A DNA stretch of 64,000 nucleotides. Source: Bythopirellula sp. (GTDB lineage Bacteria > Planctomycetota > Planctomycetia > Pirellulales > Lacipirellulaceae). Positions 42,005 to 54,002 of this stretch are shown one piece after another. A program made the position numbers and the translations under genes. Below the pieces are notes generated by a model that did not search any database, had not been told where the DNA came from, and was given only the letters and a program-made list of their open reading frames with translations. The stretch lies in the NCBI GenBank assembly GCA_965216565.1, contig OZ244170.1, forward strand, positions 4,160,001 to 4,224,000. The letters run 5' to 3'. Positions within the stretch are counted from its first letter, which is position 1. Each line of letters starts with the position of its first letter.

Positions 42005-42128
42005 AAAAAGGGGACATTCTACTTTTTTGATAGTTCGCACCACGAAAAACGGGGACAGGCACGACGTCGCTAAGGCTGCAGGCGGGTTCGAGCCTTTTGA
42101 GGTGCGTCGAGCCAGTCTCCGTTTTTCG
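42005..42128 (+). repeat. Direct repeat, right copy, including a full REP doublet
   Basis: Matches 40265-40368 and closes with GAGCCAGTCTCCGTTTTTCG. Confidence 0.8.
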
Positions 42129-42229
42129 GGTGCCATCCTAGCGAAGTGGTACTAGAAACGGTCAGCAGATCGATTAAGTTTAACACATTCGTCCCCTGCC
42201 CCGCCCGCTGACCCCTGCCCCTTCACGCC

Positions 42230-43099
42230 ATGCCCGCAACTATTCTCGACGGTAAGTCACTCGCCAAGCAGATTCGTCAGGAACTTGCCGCCGAGGTTGC
42301 CGACTTTGTGGAAACGCAAGGCGTCATTCCCACTTTGGCTGCCGTGCTGGTGGGGGCCGATCCTGCCAGCGAGGTGTACGTCCGCAACAAACGCCGCGAC
42401 TGCAAAGAGGTGGGCATGGAGAGTCAGCTCCACACGTTGGGCGAAGAGACTTCGCAAGCGGAACTCTTGGAACTGGTCGACCGACTGAACACCGACGAGG
42501 CGGTGCACGGCATTCTGGTGCAACTTCCCTTGCCGGGGCAAATCGATACCGAGGCCGTTCTGGAAGCGATCAGCCCGCAGAAAGATGTCGACGCGTTTCA
42601 TCCCGAAAGCGTCGGTCGGCTGATGCAAAACCGACCCATCTTTTTGCCGTGTACGCCCCATGGTGTGGTGGAGCTATTGAAACGAAACGATATTTCGCTT
42701 GCCGGCAAACATGTGGTGATCATCGGCCGTAGCGAGATCGTCGGCAAACCGCTCTCCGTGATGCTCGTGCAAAAGGGGGCCGACGCGACGGTCACCCTCT
42801 GTCACAGTCGCACTGCCGACTTGCCCGCGATGACTCGGCAGGCCGATATCCTGGTGGTGGCCATTGGCCGAGCGAACTTTGTGACCGCCGACATGGTTCG
42901 CCCGGGTGCCGCGGTGATTGACGTGGGAATCAACCGCACCGAGACGGGACTGGTGGGCGACGTCGATTTCGAGGCCGTGAGCGAAGTTGCCGGTTCCATC
43001 ACCCCGGTCCCTGGCGGCGTGGGGCCATTGACGCGCGTGATGCTGCTGCACAACACGCTCACCGCCGCCCGCCAACTGACTGCATCTCGAAAAAACTGA
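42230..43099 (+). CDS. folD: Methylene-THF dehydrogenase/cyclohydrolase
   Basis: YVRNK, GILVQLPLP, KDVD, PCTP, GRSEIVGKP, TPVPGGVGP. Confidence 0.97.
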   Translation: MPATILDGKSLAKQIRQELAAEVADFVETQGVIPTLAAVLVGADPASEVYVRNKRRDCKEVGMESQLHTLGEETSQAELLELVDRLNTDEAVHGILVQLPLPGQIDTEAVLEAISPQKDVDAFHPESVGRLMQNRPIFLPCTPHGVVELLKRNDISLAGKHVVIIGRSEIVGKPLSVMLVQKGADATVTLCHSRTADLPAMTRQADILVVAIGRANFVTADMVRPGAAVIDVGINRTETGLVGDVDFEAVSEVAGSITPVPGGVGPLTRVMLLHNTLTAARQLTASRKN

Positions 43100-43180
43100 T
43101 TTTCCGAATTTCGATTTCTACATCATGTTGTGTGACACGAATTTCTTCACACAAGATAGCCGCATAGGGCCATTAACCCA

Positions 43181-43987
43181 TCACGGAGTACGCTGGCGGA
43201 GTGCTTCGTACAGAACGATCGCTGCGGTGACCGAGACATTCAAACTATCGGCCATCCCCCGCATCGGCAGCCGTACCGCTTGGACCTCGTCCCCTTCCCA
43301 CCGCGATGTGAGCCCCTCGGCCTCGCTCCCCAGCACAATGGCAGCCCCCTGCCGGTAATCGATTTCCGAGTAGAGCACCGTGGCATCGGGCCGAGCCGCG
43401 ATGATCGGCGTTTTCCACCTTTTGAGATGCGAGATAGTTTCTTCAAACGATGCCTGACAGACGTTTCCCGCAAAGACGGTCCCGGTGCTCGCGCGAATGG
43501 TATTGGGGCTATAGAGATCGGCAGCAGGATCAACCACGCTCACCGCGTCGACCCCCGCCGCATCCGCCGACCGCAAGATGGCACCCACGTTGCCAGGCTT
43601 TTCGAGCCCTTCCAACACAGCCACCAGTGAGTTCTCGGGAAGTTGGAGATCCTGCAACTTCCGCTCCGGCCGACTGGCAACAACGACCACGCCGTCCTCG
43701 TTATCGCCAAACGCCAGTTTTGCATACACCTCCTCTGAAACGGTCGAACAGGTTTCCGCATTCTCAGCCACCAAAGCAGCGGCTTCCTGCCCTTCGGGGG
43801 AATGGATCAGTTCCTGGCAAACGAATGCTTCGGTAGCGATTACCCCCGCATTCAAAGCCCGCAAAATCGGTCGGGCACCATCAATGAGGATCCGCCCCTG
43901 CTTGGCTCGCTGACGCGAGTTGCGAAGCTTGATAGCCGCTTTGATGCGTTCGTTCTGCCGACTTGTGATGTGGTGTTCGATTGCCAT
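43181..43987 (-). CDS. TrmH/SpoU-family RNA methyltransferase
   Basis: EKPGNVGAILRSADA, GSEAEG, SLNVS. Confidence 0.92.
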   Translation of the reverse strand: MAIEHHITSRQNERIKAAIKLRNSRQRAKQGRILIDGARPILRALNAGVIATEAFVCQELIHSPEGQEAAALVAENAETCSTVSEEVYAKLAFGDNEDGVVVVASRPERKLQDLQLPENSLVAVLEGLEKPGNVGAILRSADAAGVDAVSVVDPAADLYSPNTIRASTGTVFAGNVCQASFEETISHLKRWKTPIIAARPDATVLYSEIDYRQGAAIVLGSEAEGLTSRWEGDEVQAVRLPMRGMADSLNVSVTAAIVLYEALRQRTP

Positions 43988-44869
43988 TTATGCGGGCCAC
44001 CGTCCGAATATGCCGCTGGGAAGTTTTCGGCCATCTGCGGTTTGCAGATAGAGATTGCCGCAACGGGGGGGCTGACCGCAGTGACCAACCATGCCATCGG
44101 ACAAGTAAGCCCCCAGTTCGGCCGAGCCAATGCCCGGCGAATGACAGGTGCACAGCACAAACAATCGCTTCTCCGACGTCAGCTGGCCACACAACTGTAG
44201 CAGCGGCAGAAAATCGCGTTTGATCGACCACTCCTCGCCCTTCGGGCCATGGCCATAGCTGGGCGGATCGAGAATCACAGCGTCGTACTGATTGCCCCGT
44301 TTGACCTCGCGGTCGCAGAATTTCAGGGCGTCCTCCACAATCCAACGGATCGGAGCATCGCCCAAGCCCGAGGCCGCCGCGTTTTCCCGAGCCCTGGCCA
44401 CGACGCTCTTGGCAGCGTCGATATGGGTCACTTCCGCCCCCGCTATCGCTGCAGCCAACGTGCTTCCGCCGGTGTAGCCAAACAGATTCAGGACCTTCGG
44501 CGGTTGCCCCGCCCTGCCAACCTGTTTGGCGATCCATTGCCAGTTGCGAAACTGCTCGAAGAACACACCAACCTGTCCGGAAGGCAGTGGCGAAAGGTGC
44601 AGCTGGATGCGGTGCTGATCAGAGAGCTGCACCGGAAAATCTATTTCTGCACTTCGCCAGCCCTTGTCCTTCGAGAGCCAGGTGCCGTCAGCTGCTCGCT
44701 CTCCCTTGTACTGCGCATCCGCGTGGCTCCAGTCCTTCAGACGTGGCTTGTTGTCTGCAGCAGTCGGGCATGGTCTGTCTAGAATCCACTTCCCAAACCG
44801 CTCCAGCTTGCGGCCATCCCCAAAGTCGAGCAATTCGTAATCGGGGCAATCAGCAGCCATTGCATTCAT
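43988..44869 (-). CDS. Class I SAM-dependent methyltransferase (RlmI/RlmK-like)
   Basis: KLERFG, VLNLFGYTGG, DPPSYG; ATGA coupling gives start 44869. Confidence 0.85.
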   Translation of the reverse strand: MNAMAADCPDYELLDFGDGRKLERFGKWILDRPCPTAADNKPRLKDWSHADAQYKGERAADGTWLSKDKGWRSAEIDFPVQLSDQHRIQLHLSPLPSGQVGVFFEQFRNWQWIAKQVGRAGQPPKVLNLFGYTGGSTLAAAIAGAEVTHIDAAKSVVARARENAAASGLGDAPIRWIVEDALKFCDREVKRGNQYDAVILDPPSYGHGPKGEEWSIKRDFLPLLQLCGQLTSEKRLFVLCTCHSPGIGSAELGAYLSDGMVGHCGQPPRCGNLYLQTADGRKLPSGIFGRWPA

Positions 44870-45639
44870 CGGGACCAGTAGAAAAGTTGCTGACGGAGCC
44901 GACCGGTCCACATCTCGTAGCCATCTTCGTTGAGATGCAGTCCGTCACCCACGAATAGCTCTCTGCGTGGTTCGCCCTCCTCGTCCAACATGGGTTCCCA
45001 AATGTCTACAAAAGCGAGCCGTTTAGAGTCTTTCTTACAGTCAGCAGCGATCAGGGCGTTGGCTTCCTGCATTTCCTCGGCTAGCTTCCAACGAGCAATG
45101 CTTGGCTTGATGGAAATGTACATCAGTTTCGCTTTGGGCAGCTTTTCAAGCATCTGCTTGTTGAATGCCTGAAAGTCGGCGTGAACCTGCTTCGCTTTCT
45201 TGCCGCCGGCGATGTCATTATCGCCTGCGTACAGCACCACAACATTCGGCTGTTGCTTGGCGACTAGTGTGTCAAAATAGTGGACCGAATCGCAAAGCTC
45301 CGATCCACCGAAACCCCGATTGACGGACCTTTTTAGGTTGGGAAAGTATTTCGGCAGATTCCACAGTCGAATGCTGGAGCTTCCCACGAAGACGGCACCG
45401 CCCTCCCCTGGTGGCTCATTTTCGTCAGCTTTTTTAAACTCAGCGATGGTCTTTTTCCAGCGTTCCGGCTTGCAAGCAGACTCTTTTCCGCTGGCTTGAA
45501 CGTTTTCAGGAGTGTCCGGCTTCGTCTCGGTTTCAACAGCTTGTCCTGTCAAAGCCGGCAAGCAGATTGTCAGAAAAATCGCCTTTTTTACGGTGTCTAG
45601 ATACATTTTGCTCACTCCCGGTAGTAGGGATACTTTCAC
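44866..45639 (-). CDS. SGNH/GDSL hydrolase
   Basis: GSSS, NRGFGG, GDND, DGLH; start uncertain (45606 or 45639). Confidence 0.88.
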   Translation of the reverse strand: MKVSLLPGVSKMYLDTVKKAIFLTICLPALTGQAVETETKPDTPENVQASGKESACKPERWKKTIAEFKKADENEPPGEGGAVFVGSSSIRLWNLPKYFPNLKRSVNRGFGGSELCDSVHYFDTLVAKQQPNVVVLYAGDNDIAGGKKAKQVHADFQAFNKQMLEKLPKAKLMYISIKPSIARWKLAEEMQEANALIAADCKKDSKRLAFVDIWEPMLDEEGEPRRELFVGDGLHLNEDGYEMWTGRLRQQLFYWSR

Positions 45640-45770
45640 CGATTGTTGGGGGACTCGATTTCTTACACTTGGGTCGGTACTCGAATAGGCGTAGAATGTG
45701 TGGTTCGCGCCAGCTCTCCAAGCAATCTTGCCGACCCTTCCCGCTCACTTCGAATCGACCACACGGACGT

Positions 45771-48700
45771 ATGCCCGCCTCAGACATCATTATCAAAGGC
45801 GCTCGCGAGCACAACTTGCGAGATGTCGATCTGGTTCTCCCCCGCAACAAGCTTATCTGCTTGACCGGTGTCAGCGGTAGCGGCAAAAGCTCGCTGGCCT
45901 TCGATACCCTATATGCCGAGGGGCAGCGGCGCTATGTGGAAAGCCTATCGACCTTCGCCAGGCAATTTCTGGGGCAAATGCCCAAGCCAGACGTGGACCA
46001 CATCAGCGGTTTGAGCCCTTCGATCTCCATCGCCCAAAAGTCCGCCGGCAGCAACCCCCGCTCCACGGTGGGAACGATCACGGAAATCTACGATTTCCTC
46101 CGCGTGCTATTCGCGCGGGTGGGCCAAGGTCGCTGCCACCAGTGTCAGCAGCCGATTACCGCCCAAACTCGTGAGCAGATTATTGCCAGAATCCTGGCAT
46201 TGCCATCGAAGGCGAAATTCTCGGTGCTGGCCCCCATGGTCCGGCAGCAGAAAGGCGAGTTCCGTGACCTTTGCGAGGACCTGCTTAAACAAGGGTTTGT
46301 GCGAGCCCGCGTAGATGGTCAGGTTGTGCAGCTAACCGACGATTTGGGACTCGATCGTCAAATGCGGCACGACATCGAAGTGGTCGTCGATCGGCTCGTG
46401 AACGGGCCCAGTATCCGTACCCGACTAGCGGAGGCAGTGGAACTTGCGCTGAAAGTTGGTCAGGGGAATATCATCGTTGCCACGGAAAGTGATGACGAGG
46501 AAAAGCCGGCTAAGAAATCGACCAAGAAGAAACGTCGTGGTGCACCGCTGGAAGGCGATCTAGTGCTGTCGGCCGATTATGCCTGCAACTCTTGTGGTAT
46601 CAGTTTTCAGCCCCCTTCGCCGCAGTTGTTCAGCTTCAATAGTCCCCAAGGAATGTGTTACGAGTGCGACGGTCTAGGCGATATGTTCAGCTTCGATCCG
46701 GAGAAGCTCATCACCGAGCCGGAAAAGTCTCTGGCCAAGGGATGTATTGAGTTGGTCGGTCCTTGGAAGGATCTGGGCCGGTGGAAACGGCACATCTACA
46801 AGGGTGTGGCTGATTCGATGGAGCGTAAGCTGGAACTTGAGTCTGGGACACTTGCCGAAACACCTTGGCAAGAACTCACCGAAGAGCAGCAGTTTCTGTG
46901 GCTATGGGGAACGGGTGAGGAGCATATCACTTACACCTGGCGAGGCGGGAAGAACTCGCAGAAGTATGGCGGCACGTTCGATGGGATCATTCCAGAACTG
47001 CTGGAAAAGTATCGTAGCGCGAAAAGCAAATCGCTGATTGCTAAGCTCGAAAAGTATATGAACGTTATTCGTTGTCCCGATTGCGAAGGACAGCGGCTTA
47101 GCCCCCAGGCACGTTCCACAACGGTTACCACAACCCATGCCGATTTCGCCAACCAACCGGAGCTGACGCTACCGCAGATTTGCAATCTGCCGATTGACGA
47201 GGCCGAAGCGTTTTTCTCGGATTTGGAGCTTAACGAGACGAGTGCCACTATTGCCGCTGAGGTATTGAAAGAAATTCGCGGTCGGCTCGGTTTTCTTGCC
47301 AATGTGGGGCTCGATTACTTGTCGCTCGATCGCACGGCACCCACACTTTCGGGTGGCGAAACGCAGCGGATTCGTCTTGCGGGGCAGATTGGCTGCGGGC
47401 TGGTCGGTGTGCTTTACATTCTCGACGAACCTTCCATTGGACTGCATCCACGCGATAACGACCGCCTGCTGGGGACCCTCGAACGGCTTCGCGATCAAGG
47501 TAATACCGTCGTGGTAGTCGAGCACGACGAAGACACAATGCGGGCGGCAGATCATATCATCGACTTCGGCCCTGGCCCCGGTATCCGCGGTGGCGATGTC
47601 GTGGCCGAGGGCACCGCTGCGGAGGTGGGACGCAAGAAGAAAAGCGTTACCGGAGCGTACTTGGCGGGGAAACGCGAAATCAAAGTCCCCCCACAAAGAC
47701 GGATTGGCGAGACCACTTCAGCGGTCGGAAACAAGCTCCGAGTCATCGGCGCCCGTCACAATAATCTCAAAAACGTCGACGTCGAAATTCCCCTCGGGGC
47801 GTTCGTCTGTGTGACCGGCGCTAGCGGTAGCGGAAAGAGTTCGCTGGTAAGTGATATTCTCGTCGAGGCCCTACGGCGCGATCTTAACAACGGCAAAGGC
47901 ACGCCGGGCGATCACGACCGCATCGAGGGGTTGGAGCACCTCGACAAAATGATCGCCATCGACCAATCGCCCATCGGCCGTACGCCACGCTCGAACCCGG
48001 CTACGTATATCAAGGTGTTCGATGACATCCGCAGCCTGTTCGCCCAACTGCCCGAATCGAAACGACGCGGATTTCGCCCCGGACGATTCAGCTTCAACGT
48101 GGCAGGAGGTAGATGCGAAGCTTGCAGCGGCAATGGGGCTAACAAGCTAGAAATGGATTTCCTGGCCGACGTGTGGATCCCCTGCTCTGTGTGCGGGGGG
48201 CATCGATTCAATCACGAATCTCTCCAGGTGCAGTACAAGGGGAAATCGATTGCCGATGTGTTGGAGATGGATATTCAGCAGGCCCTCGAGCACTTCGAAA
48301 ACGTCCCCAACATTCGGCACAAACTCGAAACGCTCCATGCCGTGGGGCTCGACTACATGAAGCTGGGGCAACCCTCGCCAACGCTATCGGGGGGCGAGGC
48401 TCAGCGGATCAAGCTGGCCCGCGAACTCGTCAAGAAATCGACCGGGCGGACGCTTTACATGCTTGATGAGCCCACCACAGGGTTGCACTTTGCCGATATC
48501 GAGATGCTGCTGCAGGTGCTGCATGCGTTCGTCGATGCGGGCAATACCGTGCTTGTGGTCGAGCACAATTTGGACGTGATCAAAACGGCCGATTGGATCA
48601 TCGATGTGGGCCCCGACGGCGGCAAAGCGGGCGGACAAATCGTAGCCGCCGGCACCCCCGAGCAAATCGTAACCGGTGAGACTGCTTCAGCGGTCGGAAA

Positions 48701-51700
48701 GAAAAAACAATTCTCCCACACCGCCACCGCATTGGCCCCCTACCTGGGCGCCACTCCCACGAATGGCAAAGCCAATAAGAAATCTCTCCAACGCCAACAG
48801 GTGAAACAGGCAAGCCACATCGTGGTGGAAGGTGCCCAGCAGCATAATTTGCGTGACGTCTCGGCTAAGATTCCCCGCGACCAACTGACGGTTTGCTGCG
48901 GTCCTAGCGGCAGTGGGAAAAGCTCGCTCGCCATGGACACGATCTATGCCGAGGGGCAGCGTCGCTACGTCGAGAGCCTGAGTAGCTACGCCCGCCAGTT
49001 TGTCGGTCAGTTGCAGAAACCCCAAGTCGAATCGATCGAGGGTTTGTCGCCAGCAATTGCGATCGAACAACGGACCACGGGCCATTCGCCCCGATCGACC
49101 GTGGGGACCGTAACAGAAATCTACGATTACTTCCGCATTCTGCTTTCGCGACTTGGCCAAATGCATTGCCCTGAATGCGATGCTCCAATTGGGACGCAGA
49201 GTTCTGACGAAGTGATCGAGGCGGTACTTTCCGAGCCAGAGGGAACGAAACTCTATCTCATGGCCCCTGTGGAGTTGGGTGCGGGGCAGACCTATGAGGA
49301 TCTTTGGAAAACTCTCGGCGATGCAGGATATGTGCGTGTGCGGGTGGATGGGCAAACTCACGAATTGGCAGGGATGCCGTCGATCGACCGTCGCCGCAAG
49401 CACGATGTGGAGGTGATCGTCGACCGTGTCAGTATCCGCAAGGCGTCGCGGGGACGATTGGCCGACAGTATCGAAAATACGTTGACCCTTGGTCGCGGCG
49501 TCTTGCACACCGTGCATGTCGAGCCGGACGTTCCTGAGCAACGGTGGGTTCACAAAGTACACAGCCAGCACTTGGTGTGCACCGATTGCAATCGCAGCTT
49601 CGAGCCGTTGTCGCCGCATCATTTTTCGTTCAATAGTGCATTGGGTTGGTGCGAAGCTTGCGAGGGTCTTGGGGTAGAAACGGGTGCCGATCCTGCCGCT
49701 TTGCTACGAAGTACTCAGATGACGCTCGCAGAGGGTGCGATTCTGGCGTGGCCGGGCGTCGATCAGCCATTGTTTGCTGCGATGCTCAAAGCCCTTTCCG
49801 AACAAATGGGTCTGCCCATCGATGTGCCTTACGATCAGCTTTCACCCCGGCAGCGACGCTTAGTCCTCTACGGCACTGGCGAAGAATGGATTGTTGTAAA
49901 AGCGGGAAGTGGAAAGCGGAAAGCGGCAGGCGCGACTGCTTCTGCAGCCGAGGGCCTCAAGTTCCAATACAAGGGCCTCTACCCCGCTCTGGAGGAAGCT
50001 TCACGCATCTCCCCCCGTTTGCGAAGCCGCTTGGAAGAGTTTGTCGGCGAGATCGAATGCAGCGAGTGCGGCGGCAGTCGCCTGCGCGACGATGCCTCGG
50101 CAGTACGGTTTGCCGGGAAGACAATCGATCAGTATTGCCGTTTGCCACTGGGGCAATTGATCGAGGTCGTGAAGAAGTGGAAGCTGCCCGCTGCACAGAA
50201 AAAGATTGCCGGCGAACTTGTCCGCGAGATTAGCAATCGGCTCACCTTCCTGATCGAAGTCGGGCTGGAGTATCTGACGGTTGGGCGCTCGGCGCCGACG
50301 CTCTCGGGTGGTGAATCGCAGCGGATTCGTTTGGCCAGCCAGGTGGGAAGCGGCCTCTGTGGTGTGCTCTATGTGTTGGACGAACCCACCATCGGGTTGC
50401 ACCCGAGGGATAACACTCGGCTAGTGAATGCTCTCCACAAGCTCCGCGACCTGGGCAATACGTTAATGGTCGTCGAGCACGATCGCGAGGTGATTGACGG
50501 AGCCGATCAGATTTTGGACTTCGGCCCCGCCGCCGGGCGCTTGGGGGGAGAGATTGTAGCGCGTGGCACGCCAGAGGAAGTCGCCAAACGTCGCAAAAGC
50601 GTCACCGGGCCGTATCTCTCCGGTAAAAAGGCGATTGGCGTCCCCAAGAATCGCCGTATCGACACCGACGTATCCGCTTCAGCGATCGGGAAAAGCAAAT
50701 CCGGTCCTACACTTTCAATTCGAGGCGCTCGTCAGCACAACCTGAAGAACATCGATGTTCATTTCCCGCTGGGCAATCTCATTGCGGTGACGGGCGTCAG
50801 CGGCAGTGGTAAAAGCTCACTGGTCGAGGACATTCTGTATAGCCAACTTGCTCGTACGCTGCATCGGGCAGGCACAACGCCGGGGGCACACGATCGTATT
50901 GTTGGCATCGAGCATATCGACAAGGTAATCCGCGTCGACCAGCGTTCGCTCGGCAATAGCCCGTCCTCGAACCCAGCGACGTACACAGGATTGTTTGAAC
51001 TCATACGTCAATTGTTCGCCCAACTGCCTGATTCTAAACTGCGAGGCTATGCGGCCCGACGGTTTAGTTTCAACGTTCCGGGGGGTCGCTGCGATGCCTG
51101 CGATGGGGCGGGTCAGCTTTGCATCGAGATGCACTTTTTGCCAGATGTGTGGGTCGATTGCGACACGTGCCAAGGGCACCGCTTCAACAAGGAAACGTTG
51201 GAGGTGAAATATCGGGGCCGTTCGATTGCCGACGTCTTGGAAATGTCGTGCGGAGAGGCGTTGGCTCTGTTTTCGAATATCCCAAAGATTCGACGGATCT
51301 TAGAAACGCTGTGCGATGTGGGGCTCGACTATGTAGCACTGGGGCAGAGTGCGGCGACGCTCTCGGGCGGCGAGGCCCAGCGTGTGAAACTTGCCAGCGA
51401 ACTTTCACGGCCCGATACGGGCAAAACGCTTTACTTGCTCGATGAACCAACGACTGGCCTACATTTCGACGACATCACGAAATTGCTGGACGTGTTGCAT
51501 CGATTGGTTGATCTCGGCAACACGGTGGTAGTGATCGAGCACAACTTGGACGTTATCAAGCAAGCCGACTGGATTATCGACATCGGACCCGAGGCAGGAT
51601 TCGAAGGTGGAGAACTTGTGGGCGCGGGTACTCCAGAGCAGATAGTGAAAAGTGGCGGCACCGGTAAGCTCGCTACAGCAAGCGGGAAGAAGCGAAAGAA

Positions 51701-52835
51701 GTCAACGATGTCGCACACCGCGGCCGCGTTGGCCCCGGTGCTCAAAGCAGGGCCCAGCGTGAAGCGGAAACTCTACGATTTTGCTGCGGCTGAAGCCAAG
51801 CGCGAAGGCGACCTGGAAATCAGCGAATTCGGCGAGAATATCAAGATGCCCTGGGAGATCGATGGTCGCCGCTGGCATACGCAGGACCGGGTAAATCGAG
51901 CTGGAGGTCCTTGCCAATGGGATGGCAAAATTTTGGATCGCGTCGAGCGAAAGATCCAAGAGTTGGGCGAGTTCAGTGCGACCAACTGGGATAGTAAGAC
52001 GATCGTCGAGATTGCGGCCCCCAAGAAAAGCGATGGCTGGTTTTTCCACGCGATTACCGCCGAGCCGTGGCTCTTGAAAATGAAATTTCGCACGGCCAAG
52101 AAAACCTTCCAACGCGACCAGCTTATGGTGGCCCTGAATCTCAAGCCATTGAACGATATCGCCGAGATCGAAGCCTACGGACGTGGGCCACGCGTGAAGT
52201 GCAAGAACCTGCGTGGTCCGTTCCAGGAAGTGGAAATCCGCGCCTACGATTGGCAGGAAATCGATACGCCGGAGTTCTGGAGTTTTCTGGAAAAGGCGGT
52301 CCAAGGCTTCGGAAAATTCACCCAACGGATCGAAACGAATCCGGAAGATGTGATGCCCTGGAAAGTGCTGGGCCGCAAGTGGCATCTGGCCCGCAAAGGA
52401 TTCCCGCCCGGGAAGCGCCCCGAATGGTCGGCTGAGGTTCTTGAGGAGCTGCTCGAATTGCTGGCCGATGCAGCGAACGAATTCGCCGAGCAAAACGGCG
52501 CGGTCAAGGGTGACAAGGGGGCACAGTTCTTATGGAACAATCAACAGGTGGTGAACGTCATGGTTCCCTCTCAACGAGAACCCTGGGCCGTGGTTCACAC
52601 CAAACGATTGGCCTCCGTGGAGTTGGTTCTCAACGGGCCGACCGGTGCTTTTGCAACCGGACGCATTGCTGACCTCGGGGCGGAGCGAACGATCTCCACC
52701 AATGGCGAGGAGCGTGATCAGGTCAAGCTCAGGTTTGTCGATACGGAGCACCTCCATCAAGGCGACCTGCCCGATTTTCTTAACGAACACTTGTCCTCAG
52801 TGAGCGATAGCTCAGCCGAGAGCTCTCTCTCTTAA
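45771..52835 (+). CDS. uvrA: Excinuclease ABC subunit A, tandem-duplicated (four ABC domains) with C-terminal extension
   Basis: Four GxSGSGKS Walker A motifs, four LSGGE signatures, [12 protein letters not shown] twice, Zn fingers; ATG at 45771. Confidence 0.95.
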   Translation: MPASDIIIKGAREHNLRDVDLVLPRNKLICLTGVSGSGKSSLAFDTLYAEGQRRYVESLSTFARQFLGQMPKPDVDHISGLSPSISIAQKSAGSNPRSTVGTITEIYDFLRVLFARVGQGRCHQCQQPITAQTREQIIARILALPSKAKFSVLAPMVRQQKGEFRDLCEDLLKQGFVRARVDGQVVQLTDDLGLDRQMRHDIEVVVDRLVNGPSIRTRLAEAVELALKVGQGNIIVATESDDEEKPAKKSTKKKRRGAPLEGDLVLSADYACNSCGISFQPPSPQLFSFNSPQGMCYECDGLGDMFSFDPEKLITEPEKSLAKGCIELVGPWKDLGRWKRHIYKGVADSMERKLELESGTLAETPWQELTEEQQFLWLWGTGEEHITYTWRGGKNSQKYGGTFDGIIPELLEKYRSAKSKSLIAKLEKYMNVIRCPDCEGQRLSPQARSTTVTTTHADFANQPELTLPQICNLPIDEAEAFFSDLELNETSATIAAEVLKEIRGRLGFLANVGLDYLSLDRTAPTLSGGETQRIRLAGQIGCGLVGVLYILDEPSIGLHPRDNDRLLGTLERLRDQGNTVVVVEHDEDTMRAADHIIDFGPGPGIRGGDVVAEGTAAEVGRKKKSVTGAYLAGKREIKVPPQRRIGETTSAVGNKLRVIGARHNNLKNVDVEIPLGAFVCVTGASGSGKSSLVSDILVEALRRDLNNGKGTPGDHDRIEGLEHLDKMIAIDQSPIGRTPRSNPATYIKVFDDIRSLFAQLPESKRRGFRPGRFSFNVAGGRCEACSGNGANKLEMDFLADVWIPCSVCGGHRFNHESLQVQYKGKSIADVLEMDIQQALEHFENVPNIRHKLETLHAVGLDYMKLGQPSPTLSGGEAQRIKLARELVKKSTGRTLYMLDEPTTGLHFADIEMLLQVLHAFVDAGNTVLVVEHNLDVIKTADWIIDVGPDGGKAGGQIVAAGTPEQIVTGETASAVGKKKQFSHTATALAPYLGATPTNGKANKKSLQRQQVKQASHIVVEGAQQHNLRDVSAKIPRDQLTVCCGPSGSGKSSLAMDTIYAEGQRRYVESLSSYARQFVGQLQKPQVESIEGLSPAIAIEQRTTGHSPRSTVGTVTEIYDYFRILLSRLGQMHCPECDAPIGTQSSDEVIEAVLSEPEGTKLYLMAPVELGAGQTYEDLWKTLGDAGYVRVRVDGQTHELAGMPSIDRRRKHDVEVIVDRVSIRKASRGRLADSIENTLTLGRGVLHTVHVEPDVPEQRWVHKVHSQHLVCTDCNRSFEPLSPHHFSFNSALGWCEACEGLGVETGADPAALLRSTQMTLAEGAILAWPGVDQPLFAAMLKALSEQMGLPIDVPYDQLSPRQRRLVLYGTGEEWIVVKAGSGKRKAAGATASAAEGLKFQYKGLYPALEEASRISPRLRSRLEEFVGEIECSECGGSRLRDDASAVRFAGKTIDQYCRLPLGQLIEVVKKWKLPAAQKKIAGELVREISNRLTFLIEVGLEYLTVGRSAPTLSGGESQRIRLASQVGSGLCGVLYVLDEPTIGLHPRDNTRLVNALHKLRDLGNTLMVVEHDREVIDGADQILDFGPAAGRLGGEIVARGTPEEVAKRRKSVTGPYLSGKKAIGVPKNRRIDTDVSASAIGKSKSGPTLSIRGARQHNLKNIDVHFPLGNLIAVTGVSGSGKSSLVEDILYSQLARTLHRAGTTPGAHDRIVGIEHIDKVIRVDQRSLGNSPSSNPATYTGLFELIRQLFAQLPDSKLRGYAARRFSFNVPGGRCDACDGAGQLCIEMHFLPDVWVDCDTCQGHRFNKETLEVKYRGRSIADVLEMSCGEALALFSNIPKIRRILETLCDVGLDYVALGQSAATLSGGEAQRVKLASELSRPDTGKTLYLLDEPTTGLHFDDITKLLDVLHRLVDLGNTVVVIEHNLDVIKQADWIIDIGPEAGFEGGELVGAGTPEQIVKSGGTGKLATASGKKRKKSTMSHTAAALAPVLKAGPSVKRKLYDFAAAEAKREGDLEISEFGENIKMPWEIDGRRWHTQDRVNRAGGPCQWDGKILDRVERKIQELGEFSATNWDSKTIVEIAAPKKSDGWFFHAITAEPWLLKMKFRTAKKTFQRDQLMVALNLKPLNDIAEIEAYGRGPRVKCKNLRGPFQEVEIRAYDWQEIDTPEFWSFLEKAVQGFGKFTQRIETNPEDVMPWKVLGRKWHLARKGFPPGKRPEWSAEVLEELLELLADAANEFAEQNGAVKGDKGAQFLWNNQQVVNVMVPSQREPWAVVHTKRLASVELVLNGPTGAFATGRIADLGAERTISTNGEERDQVKLRFVDTEHLHQGDLPDFLNEHLSSVSDSSAESSLS

Positions 52836-52858
52836 TGCTCTTGAGCAGGGTGGTCTTT

Positions 52859-53038
52859 AAAAGAGAACTGGCTCGCGATCGCAATTTGTCGCTTGACCAT
52901 TCGTTGCGCGTTCTAGCGATAGCTCTTGTCCCTTCTAAGCGGCGCTGAGGTCCGTCGAATAAGGGGGGCAGGCACGACGATGCGACGTTTGCTCAGGGCA
53001 CAAGCCGGCTGCAAACGTCGAGCCAGTCCCCGTTTTTC
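52859..53038. repeat. Degenerate GGGACAGGCAC / GAGCCAGTCCC REP doublets
   Basis: GGGGCAGGCACGACG...CGTCGAGCCAGTCCCCGTTTTTCG. Confidence 0.6.
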
Positions 53039-53117
53039 GACTACCGACACCACGTTTTAATACGAGTATCTCGGAAGACTCACGCTGCAGAACGTAACGC
53101 AATTGTCGCTGCGTGCC

Positions 53118-53177
53118 GCGCATAAAAAAGCGATCTGGGGTATCGTGGAGGGAGGTGAGATACGGACCCCAGATCGC
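53118..53177 (-). terminator. Intrinsic terminator with a long stem
   Basis: GCGATCTGGGGT...ACCCCAGATCGC followed by TTTTTTATGCGC. Confidence 0.75.
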
Positions 53178-53233
53178 GAAGGCTACAAAGCCTAAATCGT
53201 TAGCTTGCGCGAAACAAGCTGTCTGTTCTTTTC

Positions 53234-53554
53234 TCAGGCCACCGGTGGACCGTTGGTGGTGTCTGTGAGCCCATTCATCAACGAGCCCAGTACGGGCGAC
53301 TCAGGCAATCCTTCGAGCTTGAGAGGCTGAGAAGGTTGGAAATGCTGCCCTAAGTCTCCATGAAGTTGCACACAATCCAGATAGACTCTTATAAAGCTCT
53401 CGTCTTCCTGAAGCATAGTTTCCAGCTTAGGCAACTCTTCTTCTGGGAGTACATCGTCCAGATACATCCAAACAAGCTGCTCACAGTTTTCGAGTGCTTC
53501 ACTGCTAGGGTTGCCCTTTTCAGGCACATCAGAGTTGGTGTTCTTTTCAGTCAT
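53234..53554 (-). CDS. Small acidic protein resembling an isolated anti-sigma N-terminal domain
   Basis: LVWMYLDDVL.EEE...LE.ML.ED......YLD.VQLH pattern. Confidence 0.55.
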   Translation of the reverse strand: MTEKNTNSDVPEKGNPSSEALENCEQLVWMYLDDVLPEEELPKLETMLQEDESFIRVYLDCVQLHGDLGQHFQPSQPLKLEGLPESPVLGSLMNGLTDTTNGPPVA

Positions 53555-53750
53555 AATTGTTTCTGCCCTTTTCTATATGTTCGCTGAATCGTCGACTTAG
53601 CAGTCGACTGGTGGGAATCGGTCTCAGCAGTCCTGGTAATCGAGGAACAAAAATTCGCTCGATCGATTAGGACGTGAAGGTGGGGTGCAGCTGCCGCGAC
53701 CCTTGATCACTAGGTCGCGGTATTTGCTTCTTTCATCGGCCTACCATCGA

Positions 53751-53766
53751 GCAAATGGTATGCCGA
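53751..53766 (-). promoter_or_regulatory. Putative sigma54 -24/-12 promoter
   Basis: TCGGCATACCATTTGC = GG-N10-GC, close to TGGCACG-N4-TTGC. Confidence 0.45.
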
Positions 53767-54002
53767 TTTACAAAATTCTGAATATCTGGGCAATATCAAC
53801 CGCCAACTGCTAGGGAAGCCACTGACAGCATTATTCTCCGGCAATCAGTGCTTAAATACGTGGCAATTGAATGAGCAAACTGGTTGCAGGTGAACCATTT
53901 ACGTTGCTCTCGGTAACCTGGCCTACCTGCCGCTGACATTGGTTTGCTTGCGTTATCTCGTTCCTTATCTAATTCCTGCTCTCGCCAATAGTCCGAGAAA
54001 AT

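Noticed and set aside
45567..45770. N-terminal 68 codons of the 2422-aa ORF
   Set aside because: Overlaps the divergent SGNH gene; UvrA homology starts at ATG 45771
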